Assembly (NCBI RefSeq): GCF_964355755.1
Contig: NC_092680.1
Location: 4,464,001-4,528,000 of the forward strand
Origin: Antedon mediterranea
Taxonomy: Eukaryota; Animalia; Echinodermata
Direction: 5' to 3'
DNA length: 64,000 bases
Each line of letters opens with the position of its first letter. Positions within the stretch are counted from its first letter, which is position 1. The position numbers were made by a program, and so were the translations under genes. This document shows positions 37,095 through 48,042 of the stretch, piece by piece. The notes under the pieces are model-generated. The model was given only the letters and a program-made list of their open reading frames with translations, was not told the origin of the DNA and did not search any database.

Positions 37095-39050
37095 AATAAT
37101 AATAATAATAACAAGATTTTTATAGCGCACATACGACTCAAGAGTGCTCAAGGCGCATTCAAAAAAATAAAACAAATCATACAAATGCCTGACAAATAAA
37201 ATGCAATTTCTTTGGAGGGTCCCCATCCGTTCTCGTTCTGTCGCGGTCCCGGACCCCTACCTAGGTGACCAAACAAAGGAACAGGATACACATTTGCCTT
37301 GCCACAGACGACCGGGTGCTCAGAGACAACAACCAAGACAGAGGCACCCCAAATATAATGCTGGTCAGGAAAAAGTATACTATACAATATTCTAGAACTT
37401 TAAGAAACCTCATGATTTCCTTAATGAATAAATGTGTTTTTAATAATTTTTTAAAAGTATCAACAGTTTTGCAAAATCTGATAGAGCTCGGTAGAGCATT
37501 CCATAGACGAGGAGCAGTAACGGTGAAAGCTCTGTCTCCCCATGAGTGGTGAGACTTAGGTTGATGTAGAAGCAGCGTATCACTAGAACGCAGATTCCGT
37601 CTGGGAACATACAGCCTAGCATGTCAGAAATATATTCAGGAGCCTTGCCATTAATAGACTTAAAAACAAAGAGTAATATTTTAAAAACAATGCGCGGTAC
37701 CTAACAGGAAGCCAATGCAAAGTTTCCAAGGTATTTGATATGTGTGCATATCTTGGTAGTTTTTTAACAACTCGTGCCGCTGTATTTTGAATCAGCTGAA
37801 GCATGTGGAGTTGTTTTTGTGGTAGCCCATATAGCAATGAGTTTCCCATATCCAGTCGTGAAGTGACAAAAAGCATGAACAAGTTGTTTAGCTGCTGCCT
37901 CATTAATAAACTTTCGAATCCTTCGGATGTTTCGTAAGTGAAAAGACGACGTAGAAATAGTTTTTGAGATATGAGATATAGTCATACCCGCATCCATTTC
38001 AACCCCTAGATTTCTAACCTGCCTAGCCGGGTCTATTTGGGTTTCACCAATGTAAATAAAACTTGGTGGCAGTTTTTCCAACTGCAGCTTTGATCCAAAG
38101 AGAATATATTCTGTTTTTTCATCATTTAATTTAAGAAAGTTGTTTTTCATGGATACAATGTTGGAGCAGTTCCAAACAAATGTCAATGTGTGTCATTGTA
38201 GGTTTAAAAGAAATATAAATCTGAGTATCATCATATTTTTTTCAATGTGGGTCGAACATGAGTGACTTTAAGAGACTCTGGGAAAGAACCACTTTCAAGA
38301 GACTTATTTACAATATGTGTGATTAATGGAATAAATGCATAAGTACATTTCTTTATCAGTGAAGTTGGTACCGGGTCAAGTGCACACGATTTTGAGGGAG
38401 AATTTTTGACAGTATTTAGAATTTCCTCCTCACTTGCAGGTTCGAACTGAGAAAGTTGTATGGACCTAGTTAAATCATAAGATTTATTTATATTTATACA
38501 TTTATCAGAAGCAGTTGTAACTTCTGCAGTATTTTCATTTTCTAGTGAATCACGAATTGATTTAATTTTATTTATAAAAAATACAGAAAATCTTTCAGCA
38601 AGAGCTTCATCTGAGACAGACGAAGGAAGGACTGATGACTTGGAACGATGTAAAAGTTTATTTACTAAATCAAAAAGTTTCTTTTGATCACCTGTGCAGT
38701 CACTAACCAGACTAGAGTAATACCGCGTCTTGGCCTTTTCAGTCAGTCCATTTACAATACATCTTTGGTCACAGTATTCCTGTCTATCCTTAAGAAGCTT
38801 TGATTTCATCCACTTACGTTCAAGTTGACGACGTATTTTCCTTTCAGATCGAATTTCATCTGTATACCATGGTTTAGCTTCCTTTTGCCTAATTGTTTTT
38901 TTCTGAACTTGCGCATGTAAATCAAGTACAGCTCTGAGATGAGAATAGTTTTCTACACTATCTTCAAGAATCACACTTACATCGGTTGTATTAGACACAC
39001 ACGCTTGAATGTCATTTTGGAATTTCTTCTTAATATCAATTATTATTCAA
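37095..39050 (-). mobile_element. L2-clade LINE, 5'-truncated, frameshifted, RT core deleted (intron of the SLC16 gene)
   Basis: KPWYTDEIR..RQLERKW..DQKKLF..KSCALDPVPT..IVNKSL..G.FP..LK..V.P.LKK; DDTQIY; N.LKLN..KTE; RNLGV; QNTAAR..LHWLPV. L2 terminal stem and (TAT)n tail near 37095-37157. Confidence 0.93.
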
Positions 39051-39412
39051 ATATCCACAAATCGCAGAGGAAAATTTCTTAAGATTTCCATTCCTCTTTA
39101 GATTTTTCAATTCTTTAGTTTTTCTATTCATATTTATAGTCCAAGAGCATTAGTTCATAAGTATAGGCAGACCCGGACATTTCTGGTAACAAGCTAATTT
39201 TTTCAGGAAAGGTCCAGAACTACGGTTGGAACATCATACTAAAAGTCCTGAAAAATCCTCCTTGTGCTCTCCGAGAAATCCAAGATGGCGTCCAAAATGG
39301 CTGCCATTTTAATTAGTCTATAACTTTGTAACCGCTTGTCATAGAGTATTAATTTTGGTGTCAAATAGTTCATAATATATACATTCCTATTTGCTCTAAC
39401 AGAAAATTTTGT

Positions 39413-39414
<2 letters not shown>

Positions 39415-39481
<67 letters not shown>
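39415..39481. repeat. (TA)n microsatellite
   Basis: About 30 TA units. Confidence 0.95.
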
Positions 39482-39507
39482 TAGTTTTTCCTTTCCTCTT
39501 TAGTCTT

Positions 39508-39621
39508 TAGTCGCGTGCAACGCGACTCTACAGCTCACTTATCGGTCGGTCAGTTGGTTGGTCGGTCGGTCGGTGAACACTAACTTGAGCACGCAACTGC
39601 AGCCATGTATATGGCCGTGTT
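39508..39621 (+). mobile_element. Short HINE-like element (same subfamily as 18564)
   Basis: TAGTCGCGTGCAACGCGACTCTACAGCTCAC..(GGTC)n..GCAGCCATGTATATGGCCGTGTT. Confidence 0.75.
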
Positions 39622-39658
39622 CCATTCCTCTTTAGTTTTTCAATTACTATTTAATTTT

Positions 39659-39831
39659 TAGTCGTGTGGACGCGACTCAATAGTTCACTATGTCGGTCGG
39701 TCGGTCTGTCGGTCCGGTATCACTATGCGTTTTATCGATTTTCTGTACTTTTTGAACTGTTTTGATGTACATTACTTTTTGAAAGTTCATTTTTTTCTGA
39801 GAGCACGCGACTTATGGCTGTTGGCCTTGTT
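39659..39831 (+). mobile_element. Short HINE-like element
   Basis: Same 5' module and 3' end (AGCACGCGACTTATGGCTGTTGGCCTTGTT) as the long copies, with a short different core. Confidence 0.8.
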
Positions 39832-39849
39832 TCATTCCTCTTTAGTTTT

Positions 39850-40667
39850 TAGTCGCGTGGAAGCGACTCTATAGTTCACTATGTCGGTCGGTCGGTCTGT
39901 CTGTCTGTCTGTCTGTCTGTCGGTCTGTCTGTCGGTCTGTCTGTCTGTCTGTCTGTCGGTCCGGTATCACTATGCGTTTTATCGCTTTATGACCTTATCT
40001 TGATATCAGTTTAATCTAGCTAAGTCAATTTTTCACAGAATATTCCTTATGGCCAGGAATCGATGTGGTTATGTTTTCACGGTGCGCAATAAAAAATTAC
40101 GCGGTCTACGCACGATTTAACGAAATCACGTTTGTAATCATATCTTAACAACCATGAATCACAATTAAATAAAATTTGGTACTCATAAATTTCAGGGCAT
40201 AAATCATCATATGGCAATACAATTACGTGCGTAGCGCATGTAACACATGCGTAAGCGCGCTTAAAATTTTCAAAATTTATTTTCGATGAAATAAGAGTAC
40301 GTTTCAGGCAATTTTAAGCGTTTACAAAATTGCCATGAGTGCGCAGATTTTTGCGCGCGCACTGCGCGTTAAATGTTATTGCGCACTCTTCTTGCCCGAT
40401 TTCTGTTTTCTTGACTTACTTTTCAACTCGAAATTACGTTATACGAGCACGTCAAAAGTGACAGGCTACGCACGTGTAAATTAAAAAAATATAAATGTTT
40501 TTAAACATTTCAACATTTTTAAACATGTTCAGTAATTTCGGTCAGTATAGTTCACTATGTCGGTCGGTCCGTCTGTCTGTCGGTCTGTCTGTCTGTCGGT
40601 CTGTTTGTCTGTCGGTCCGGTATCACTATGCATTGTAGCACGCGACTTAATGGCTGTTGGCCTTGTT
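39850..40667 (+). mobile_element. Long HINE-like element, copy 2
   Basis: Near-identical to 29731-30524 apart from microsatellite length and scattered substitutions. Confidence 0.87.
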
Positions 40668-40775
40668 CAATTCCTATTTAGTTTTTCCATTCCTTTTTTT
40701 CCCTTTCCTCTTTTTTTTCTTTCCTATATAGTTTTTTCCTTTCCTCTTTAGTTTTTTCAATTCCTCTTTAGTTTT

Positions 40776-40901
40776 TAGTCGCATGGACGCGACTCTATAG
40801 TTCACTATGCCGGTCGGTCTGTCTGTCGGTCTGTCGGTCTGTCTGTCGGTCCGGTATCACTATGCATTGTAGCACGCGACTTAATGGCCGTTGGCCTTGT
40901 T
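40776..40901 (+). mobile_element. Minimal HINE-like element (5' module joined to 3' end)
   Basis: TAGTCGCATGGACGCGACTC..(GTCT)n..GTATCACTATGCATTGTAGCACGCGACTTAATGGCCGTTGGCCTTGTT. Confidence 0.82.
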
Positions 40902-41737
40902 CTATTCCTCTTTAGTTTTTCTATTCCTCTTTAGTTTTTTCTTTCCTCTTTAGTTTTTCCATTCCTCTTTAGTTTTTCCATTCCTCTTTAGCTTTTCCAT
41001 TCCTCTTTAGTTTTTCCATTCCTCTTTAGTTTTTCCATTCCTCTTTAGCTTTTCCATTCCTCTTTAGCTTTTCCCTTCATCTTTAGTTTTTCCATTCCTC
41101 TTTAGTTTTTCCATTCATCTTTAGTTTTTCCATTCCTCTTTAGTTTTTCCATTCCTCTTTAGTTTTTCCATTCCTCTTTAGCTTTTCCCTTCATCTTTAG
41201 TTTTTCCATTCCTCTTTAGTTTTTCCATTCATCTTTAGTTTTTTCATTCCTCTTTAGTTTTTCCATTCCTCTTTAGCTTTTCCCTTCATCTTTAGTTTTT
41301 CCATTCCTCTTTAGTTTTTCCATTTCTCTTTTTTTACTTTCCTCTATAGTTTTTCCTTTCCTCTTTAGTTTTTTCAATTCCTCTTTAGTTTTTCTATTCC
41401 TCTTTAGTTTTTCTTTTCCTCTTTAGTTTTTCCATTCCTCTTTAGCTTTTCCTTTCATCTTTAGTTTTTCCTTTCATCTTTAGTTTTTCCATTCCTCTTT
41501 ACTTTTCCATTCCTCTTTAGTCTTCCATTTCTCTTTAGTCTTCCATTCCTCTATAGTTTTTCAATTCCTCTTTAGTTTTTCCATTTCTCTTTCCAATTCC
41601 ATGTCATCTTTCCACAATCTTCTTCCTTTTTCCAATCTTCTTCATTTTTGTCCAATCCTCTTCAGTTCTCCCAATCTTCCTCAGTTAAAAAAAAAAACAT
41701 CATTTGCATTAACAACAATCTTTTTTTTTTAACCTAG

Positions 41738-42034
41738 CCTTGCCGGGATCAGTATCTATTGCTTTCTACGCCGTATCGTCATTAATTGTAACTTGGATAT
41801 TTCAGCGGTTTGGAGACCGGCCAGCCGGATTTCTAGGAATAACACTATGCTGTGTTGGTCTCTTAACATCGTCGTTTGTACAAGAAATATGGATGTTATG
41901 TTTGACGTATGGAGTGCTGTATGGTTTTGGATGCAATGCTATTCACTTGGTGACAATTGACATGATAGTGAAATATTACAAAGGTATCAAATCGACAAGG
42001 TGTATCGGTATAACAATGACAGCTTCTAGCATAG
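41738..42034 (+). CDS. SLC16-family transporter, coding exon 2
   Basis: Acceptor AACCTAG|, donor ATAG|GTAAAG. RFGDR (MFS loop 2-3 motif), LTYGVLYGFG, and KYY...R..GI...SSIG resembling SLC16 YF.KRR.LA.G. Confidence 0.93.
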
Positions 42035-42663
42035 GTAAAGTATATTTTCAAAAGCATTTTGAATGGGGGATTTTTGCCGTATTTATCATCATTTCTCTTG
42101 TCTAAGTGCAAAATACTTCGAACTCCATAACATTTTACAGAATACATAGTGTTTTATTTGAACAATGCCACTTATTTATTTATTTTAAAAAAACATATTT
42201 AGACAGGATAAAAAAAGCAGGTATATATTTCAAGCAATTGATTAAAGACATTCATAAAAGACATTACATAAAAACGTTAAATTTACAATACAAAGACAGA
42301 CAATGTTTAAAAAAGAGTGAAACAATAAAGAGAAATTATATAAAATTATTTTTTCAGAAATGTTATTAATATCATTAATTCGTATCAATGTAGCCATTTC
42401 GAGATCAATGACTATCCTAACTGTATGTGGACATCTGTGTATCTCCTTGTCTAAACATCCCTTCCGATTGTATTCTGTTGAATTAAGATATGACCATGTT
42501 TGTTCCTTCTGTTTGTGTACTAAAATGCCAAAGTGGCTGAGTGGACCTCAGCTGAAGAATGATGTCGCTCGCTGTCAATCAACCAAGAGCACTACAGATT
42601 TTTGTTTTTGTTTTTTAGTTTGTGTTAAGAATGTTTATGAATGTTTATTTTTATATATTACAG

Positions 42664-42962
42664 GGGTTTTGTTTTCACCGTGTCTTGAGTGGCTTTACAC
42701 AACATTCCAGTGGCGTATATCATTACGCATTTTATCGGGAGTATTCGCAATAGTATGTATTCCATGCATGTCATTATTCAAAGAGAAAAAAGACAATGGT
42801 ACTCCTCGTAATATAGTAACGCAAAAACAAGAAAATAAGACAAGAAGAAACATGTCGTTATTTCAGAAGTATATTGAAATGGTTAGAATACCCGCCTTTC
42901 TTTGCCTGGTATGTTCATACGCAATGAGTGGAATTGCAACGACTTTTTCTTTTGTCAGCATA
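42664..42962 (+). CDS. SLC16-family transporter, coding exon 3
   Basis: Acceptor ATTACAG|, donor ATA|GTAAGT. P..EWL...QWR.SLRILSG (SLC16 GWR motif) and the central loop. Confidence 0.92.
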
Positions 42963-43375
42963 GTAAGTATTTTGTATATATGTGACATTGTCACATGGTG
43001 ACTTCTTTACTTAGCAATACCTTGTACCAATCATGTCATAGTTCCAAGATTTTGCTGACGACGCCCATATACAGTACCAGTATTCAGTATTGCTTGTGAA
43101 CATTCTATTTTTCTCCAGGGCGCGATAGTCCCTCATTAAAATATTAAGCAGCAAAGATGAAACAAGCTGGGGTATGTTTGCGGGCGAGGTATGTCTGGAG
43201 CGATGTTATGTCCAGGGAAGTGGTCTAGGGACAAGTGTCCAAAGTCAAAGGGAAATGGGAAAAAAGTGGGGAAACTTTGAGGGGAAGTAGGCCGGGGGAA
43301 AATGTTCGTGAGAAACAAAAACATGACCGCCCATGCCCACCTAAAATAATATAACTTACTTTTTTGATTTCTCAG

Positions 43376-43601
43376 GGTAGTTTTTTGACAGAATCTGGAT
43401 TGAGTGGAACACAAACTTCACTAATATTAAGCACAATGGGTGCTGGTGACTTAGTTGCCAGAGTATCTGTGTCATTATTATCGCAATGGTTGCCGATCTC
43501 CATTACGTCACTGTACGCTATTGGTCACATTGTGTCAGCATCATCAATGCTGTCGCTGCCATACGCAATTAACGCAACAGTTATTATGGTTATACTAATT
43601 G
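43376..43601 (+). CDS. SLC16-family transporter, coding exon 4
   Basis: Acceptor TTTCTCAG|, donor TTG|GTAAAT. TM8 GAGDLVAR matches MCT1 DMVAR. Confidence 0.92.
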
Positions 43602-43933
43602 GTAAATATGTTTTAATTTAACATAATTGCTTCGATAATTTCTTATCATTGTATAAACGCCATAGGCGATTTTATCTGTTGCTATAACATAAATTATTCA
43701 ATAACGTCCATTTATTATGCGCCAATCTAAAAATAATAATATAATGACAAATTCCTTTTAACGAGGTTTTTGAAGCTTAATTTCCAGTTGTACTTCTAAA
43801 CACAGTGTAGACATGCCTACAATTACCCATTGCTTGTGTTCGATTTATCTTACATGTCATAGAAATTGTACTGGTAAAATTATATTGATTGAGCTATTTT
43901 TTTCATCTTTTTTATTACACTTATTTACATCAG

Positions 43934-44077
43934 TGTTTAGTGTTTCTCGTGGGATTATCTTTGTGTTGATTGCTTCAGCTCCTATTGAGATTGCTCCAGT
44001 ACATTCAAGCGTCGAGAGTGTCGGTCTAGTATATCTAGTTTTTGGAATGTGTGCTTTGTCAGCACCCTATATCACAG
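43934..44077 (+). CDS. SLC16-family transporter, coding exon 5
   Basis: Acceptor ACATCAG|, donor ACAG|GTAAGA, phase 1-1. GL....G...L.AP.I. Confidence 0.9.
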
Positions 44078-44518
44078 GTAAGATTTTCAAAGGGGGTATT
44101 GAGTGAAATATATAACCATACATAGTAATATGCAGAAAACAGCAGTCATTCATCTAGTTGTTTCTTTTATTATGAAGAAAAATGTAAGGAACAAAGACGC
44201 ATTACGACAATATTGTGTACCGAAATTCAATTAAACGGCCGCAGTGAATCGTCAATTTCCACTAAATAGGCTAGAGGAGTATTGTCGTAATGAATGGTCT
44301 AAAGAGGGCACTTGGTGTCTCATATTTGACAATACAGTTCATTATCCGTGTTTGCAGCGACTACCTAACATATAATCGCACAAAACAATTTCATTCACTG
44401 AATTCGCTCTTCACGCGCCCGCTCACACTTCACAGTGGATTGGTGGTAATACGGCGATGAGGATGATGAGAATACTTCACCTTTTACAATAATATTGTAT
44501 TATATATTTATTTTCCAG

Positions 44519-44754
44519 ACAATGTGTATGACATCAAAGGATCCTACAATAGTGCGTTCTTCATTTGTTGTGCACTCTACGCATGTTCATCATTTTTTTT
44601 ATTCGCTGCGGTACATTTGAACAAGAAGAATATGATAAGAAGAAATTCGAACGAAAATACGGATTGCCAATACAATCAAATGATAGTAAACCGATCAGAA
44701 GAAGAACCAACAGAATACTCAAAAGAAGTAATATCCCGAGTTACTGTAATATAA
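44519..44754 (+). CDS. SLC16-family transporter, coding exon 6 (stop)
   Basis: Acceptor TTTTCCAG|. YDIKGSYNSAFF matches SLC16 D.TG.Y...F. Ends VTVI. The six exons total 1332 nt (443 aa). AATAAA at 44784. Confidence 0.92.
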
Positions 44755-46161
44755 ATCAAAGTGATTATTTTTTTATATAAAATAATAAAGTATTACACTT
44801 GATTTTCATAGATCATAGTTTTTTTATTTTATTTGTCCAAAAGAAGGAAATTGACATCAATTGCTCAAAATTAGTGACACGGAAAAAGACAATAATACTT
44901 TCAAAATACAGAGCATGATCATCCGTATTCATGTCATCTTCGACTATATACGGTTTACTTGCGAGGCTGGCTTTAATGGGCACATCATCCACATGCATGC
45001 ATGCGTGCGTGCATACCCACATCTACATATCCACAAACACATTTATTTCATTTTGATTTTTCACCTTGTTTACAAATCACCACAATTCTACTCCAAGACA
45101 TTTAAATACATATATACATTATTTTGAGTTAATGATAATAAATAAATCTTCATATAAATTCTAAATCTCGATCGTTGATTGTAGATCATTAATTCAACTA
45201 GGCAGTACTTCGGTTATTGGAGTATGCACTACAGAATTGTCTTAACCCTTAATGATCAGAACAAATTTGCTGGTAGTTTCTTTTAAAAATTCTATTGATT
45301 TTCTTCGATTGGGTATTTGCGAATTCTAAGTTCACAGTGCAAAATCTGAAACATATCATTATTACAACCAAATACAAATTTTTAAATACAAAGTTTAGTA
45401 ATAGCTATAATGTTATTAATGGATTTCGTATGGGTTTTATTTTTGCATTCGAACTCAAAGATTATGTGGAAGTCTGTTGTCGTAATATTTAATTGTAAGT
45501 AAGAGAGGATAATTAATTCCACCTTTTTCCATATTGTACATTAAATTGAGTCTCTTGGAGCAGTCTATCTTATATTCTTTGCCATATTTTATCCCAGTTA
45601 AAAACACAATTCGCAAAGTACTTTTCCTAACAATTTTGACATTTTGGTGTTGAATATATTTTTGGAAGGATGTGTTCTTCAAAAAGTGTTAGAGAACATT
45701 TGTTGATGCAGCTAGATATTACAATAATGGAATATTGTACCTCGAGATAGCGATCAATTAGGGTGTTACGAAGCGTCAAGATCTCGGCTTTGATAAGAGC
45801 ATATAGTCAGAAAGTGTTTTACCGTATTTATTGGTTCTTTTACATTATGGTTGTGATAGTCATTGTAAACAATCAATTGTGTGTAAAAGGTGGGGAGCGA
45901 GTTGAATTTTTTAAAGACAGTGTTTGTTCATAGGCGCGGCCTATGCTGTATTGAACTTGCCGTTGACTTTCATTCATGAGGTACAAACAATGTCACTGCT
46001 TTATTCTGTTCAACTAAGCATAATAGACCATGCATTTCAGACTACACAGTGTAGCATTTTACTACGAATATTGTGTTATTTTGAGATAAATAATGATATG
46101 ATTTTTACACTCGTTCAGTTTATCAGAAATTGACTTCTAAATACCAATATATAATTATATA

Positions 46162-47751
46162 TCTATATATAAATTTACGTAAGGGCAAAATTCGGTAAAT
46201 CGCGCCTTACTTCTAGAATTTTTACTCGATGGTATATAAAGTTGGTTCGTACTTTCGGTACTGATTTTAACCACCTGATGTAACCCTGTTTACTAATTAA
46301 ATTAAGTTAGATAATTAGTTATTGACGATTAAAACGAATTTAGGTTCAACGATTTGCCCCAAATAGGGGTGTTTTCCGATCGTGGTATACACTGTCTAAT
46401 GGATGTCCATCTTGAAAAATACCCGCCACAAAAATGCGAGGAGGCTTCGCATTTTCCTATCTCCTCCTACGGTAATTGTTTTTAATAGCTGAAAACCGGT
46501 TGAACAGTTCGAGTACAGCATCATAATGTTGAAGACAGGCCGATTTTCTTTAAAAAATACTATTTTGATACATTTAATATACGTTTTTACAAATGTATTG
46601 ATTTGTGATGAATGGAACATTCCAAATTATTTGGTTTAACCATACAGGTATAGATTTAGATTTATGGGCCCCCTTGGAGAATAAACATAAATAGTATTGC
46701 AATGCTGTACCAGGGAGTTCCCTGGCTGTACAATACTGTTAAGGTATTTTAATGGTTAAAACCACTTTTGATCGCAATTTGAATCGCAAATTTCTTACTG
46801 TGAGTGTTGGTACTGTTAGATGTAATATAAAAATATATACAAATAAACTTTATTACTGTGAGTGTGGGTAGGCCCTACTGTTAGATTATAAACATATAAT
46901 ATACAAATAAACATTCCAAATTATTTGGTTTAACCATAAAGGTATAGATTTAGATTTATGGGCCCCCTTGGAGAATAAACATAAATAGTATTGCAATGCT
47001 GTACAATACTGTTAAGGTATTAACCACTTTTGATCGCAATTTGAATCGCAAATTTCTTACTGTGAGTGTTGGTACTGTTAGATGTAATATAAAAATATAT
47101 ACAAATAAACTTTATTACTGTGAGTGTGGGTAGGCCCTACTGTTAGATTATAAACATATAATATACAAATAAATAAACGTTATTACTGACAGTTGCTTCT
47201 CAACGTTTGTATTAATTAATAATTTAAAAATATATAAACGTCGTAGTGGTGTATCGTTACATGTACTTTACTATTTCAATCGACTATGACAGTGAGAGTT
47301 TTAACAAAGTACCGTATTAAATCGTAAATGTTTTACTGTATTTAGTGGTATATTATTTATAGGCCTATAAAACATTAAAAACAATATTTCGTTACTGAGT
47401 GGATAAGAATATATTTTAAAATGTTTCCTCTTTGTACCTATCTTCTTCCCCCATCCCTCAACCCTTAATGTTACATACAAAACACAAATTGGGTTTGTTT
47501 AAATGAGTCCAAATAAAAAAATTTGACTCATTTTGTTTCTCTCTCGGAAGTAATTCCCAGGGTGCTAATTTTGGTTGACTACATAAATCATTGTGTATAT
47601 TTATTCGTTTCTGTAAACGACAATGTATTATAGTCCTGCGGTACGTACATTTGAAATCTCCATTTTTTTCTCGCTGGAAATACTGTGTATTCGAGAACCA
47701 TCTGTGGGCACGACCTAGATGGTACGCGAGCGAAGCGAGCGTGCCATCTAG
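46162..47751 (+). mobile_element. Non-autonomous Helitron (about 1.6 kb)
   Basis: A|TCTATATATAAA 5' end, GC-rich 3' hairpin CTAGATGGTACGC..GCGTGCCATCTAG ending CTAG|T, insertion between A and T, no TSD. Confidence 0.72.
46616..47172. repeat. Tandem duplication (294-bp first unit, shorter second unit) inside the Helitron
   Basis: ACATTCCAAATTATTTGGTTTAACCATA at 46617 and 46911 with colinear downstream sequence. Confidence 0.9.
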
Positions 47752-47999
47752 TATAATACAATGCCTCTTGATTTTTGGGCAATTAAAAAATATTATTTGA
47801 TAGAGGGCAGCATATCATATCTGTTTCAGTCGCCGAGAGAGGGGGTGATCGGAAAATAGAAAAAAGAGAAAACAAAAAAAGAGGATCGGTTTGTTTGTGA
47901 GACAAAAAACTGGTTTATTTACCTCGATTTTAGTGTTTCCTTGCTGCTGGTCTTTTATAAACATCACTGCTTATAAATAGAGCTAAAAATAGAGATACA

Positions 48000-48042
48000 A
48001 TGCCTGAAGTCAGAGATAAAACCCTAGGCTCTGGAGCTAAAG
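48000..48042 (+). CDS. First coding exon (MPEVRDKTLGSGAK-G) of an unidentified large gene (gene E)
   Basis: ACAATG start, strong donor AAAG|GTAAGT (phase 1), Inr-like TCAGTC at 47826, and an AGGCCTAG-rich start to the intron. Confidence 0.6.

Larger units (their letters stand above)
39482..41592 (+). repeat. 19-bp pyrimidine-rich minisatellite (TTTTTCCATTCCTCTTTAG)n interrupted by four HINE-like insertions
   Basis: Uninterrupted array at 40902-41592; further units between the insertions and at 39085-39130. Confidence 0.92.

Noticed and set aside
42360-42663. N-terminal part of the 213-aa ORF
   Set aside because: Intronic sequence upstream of the acceptor at 42663, with no transporter similarity.
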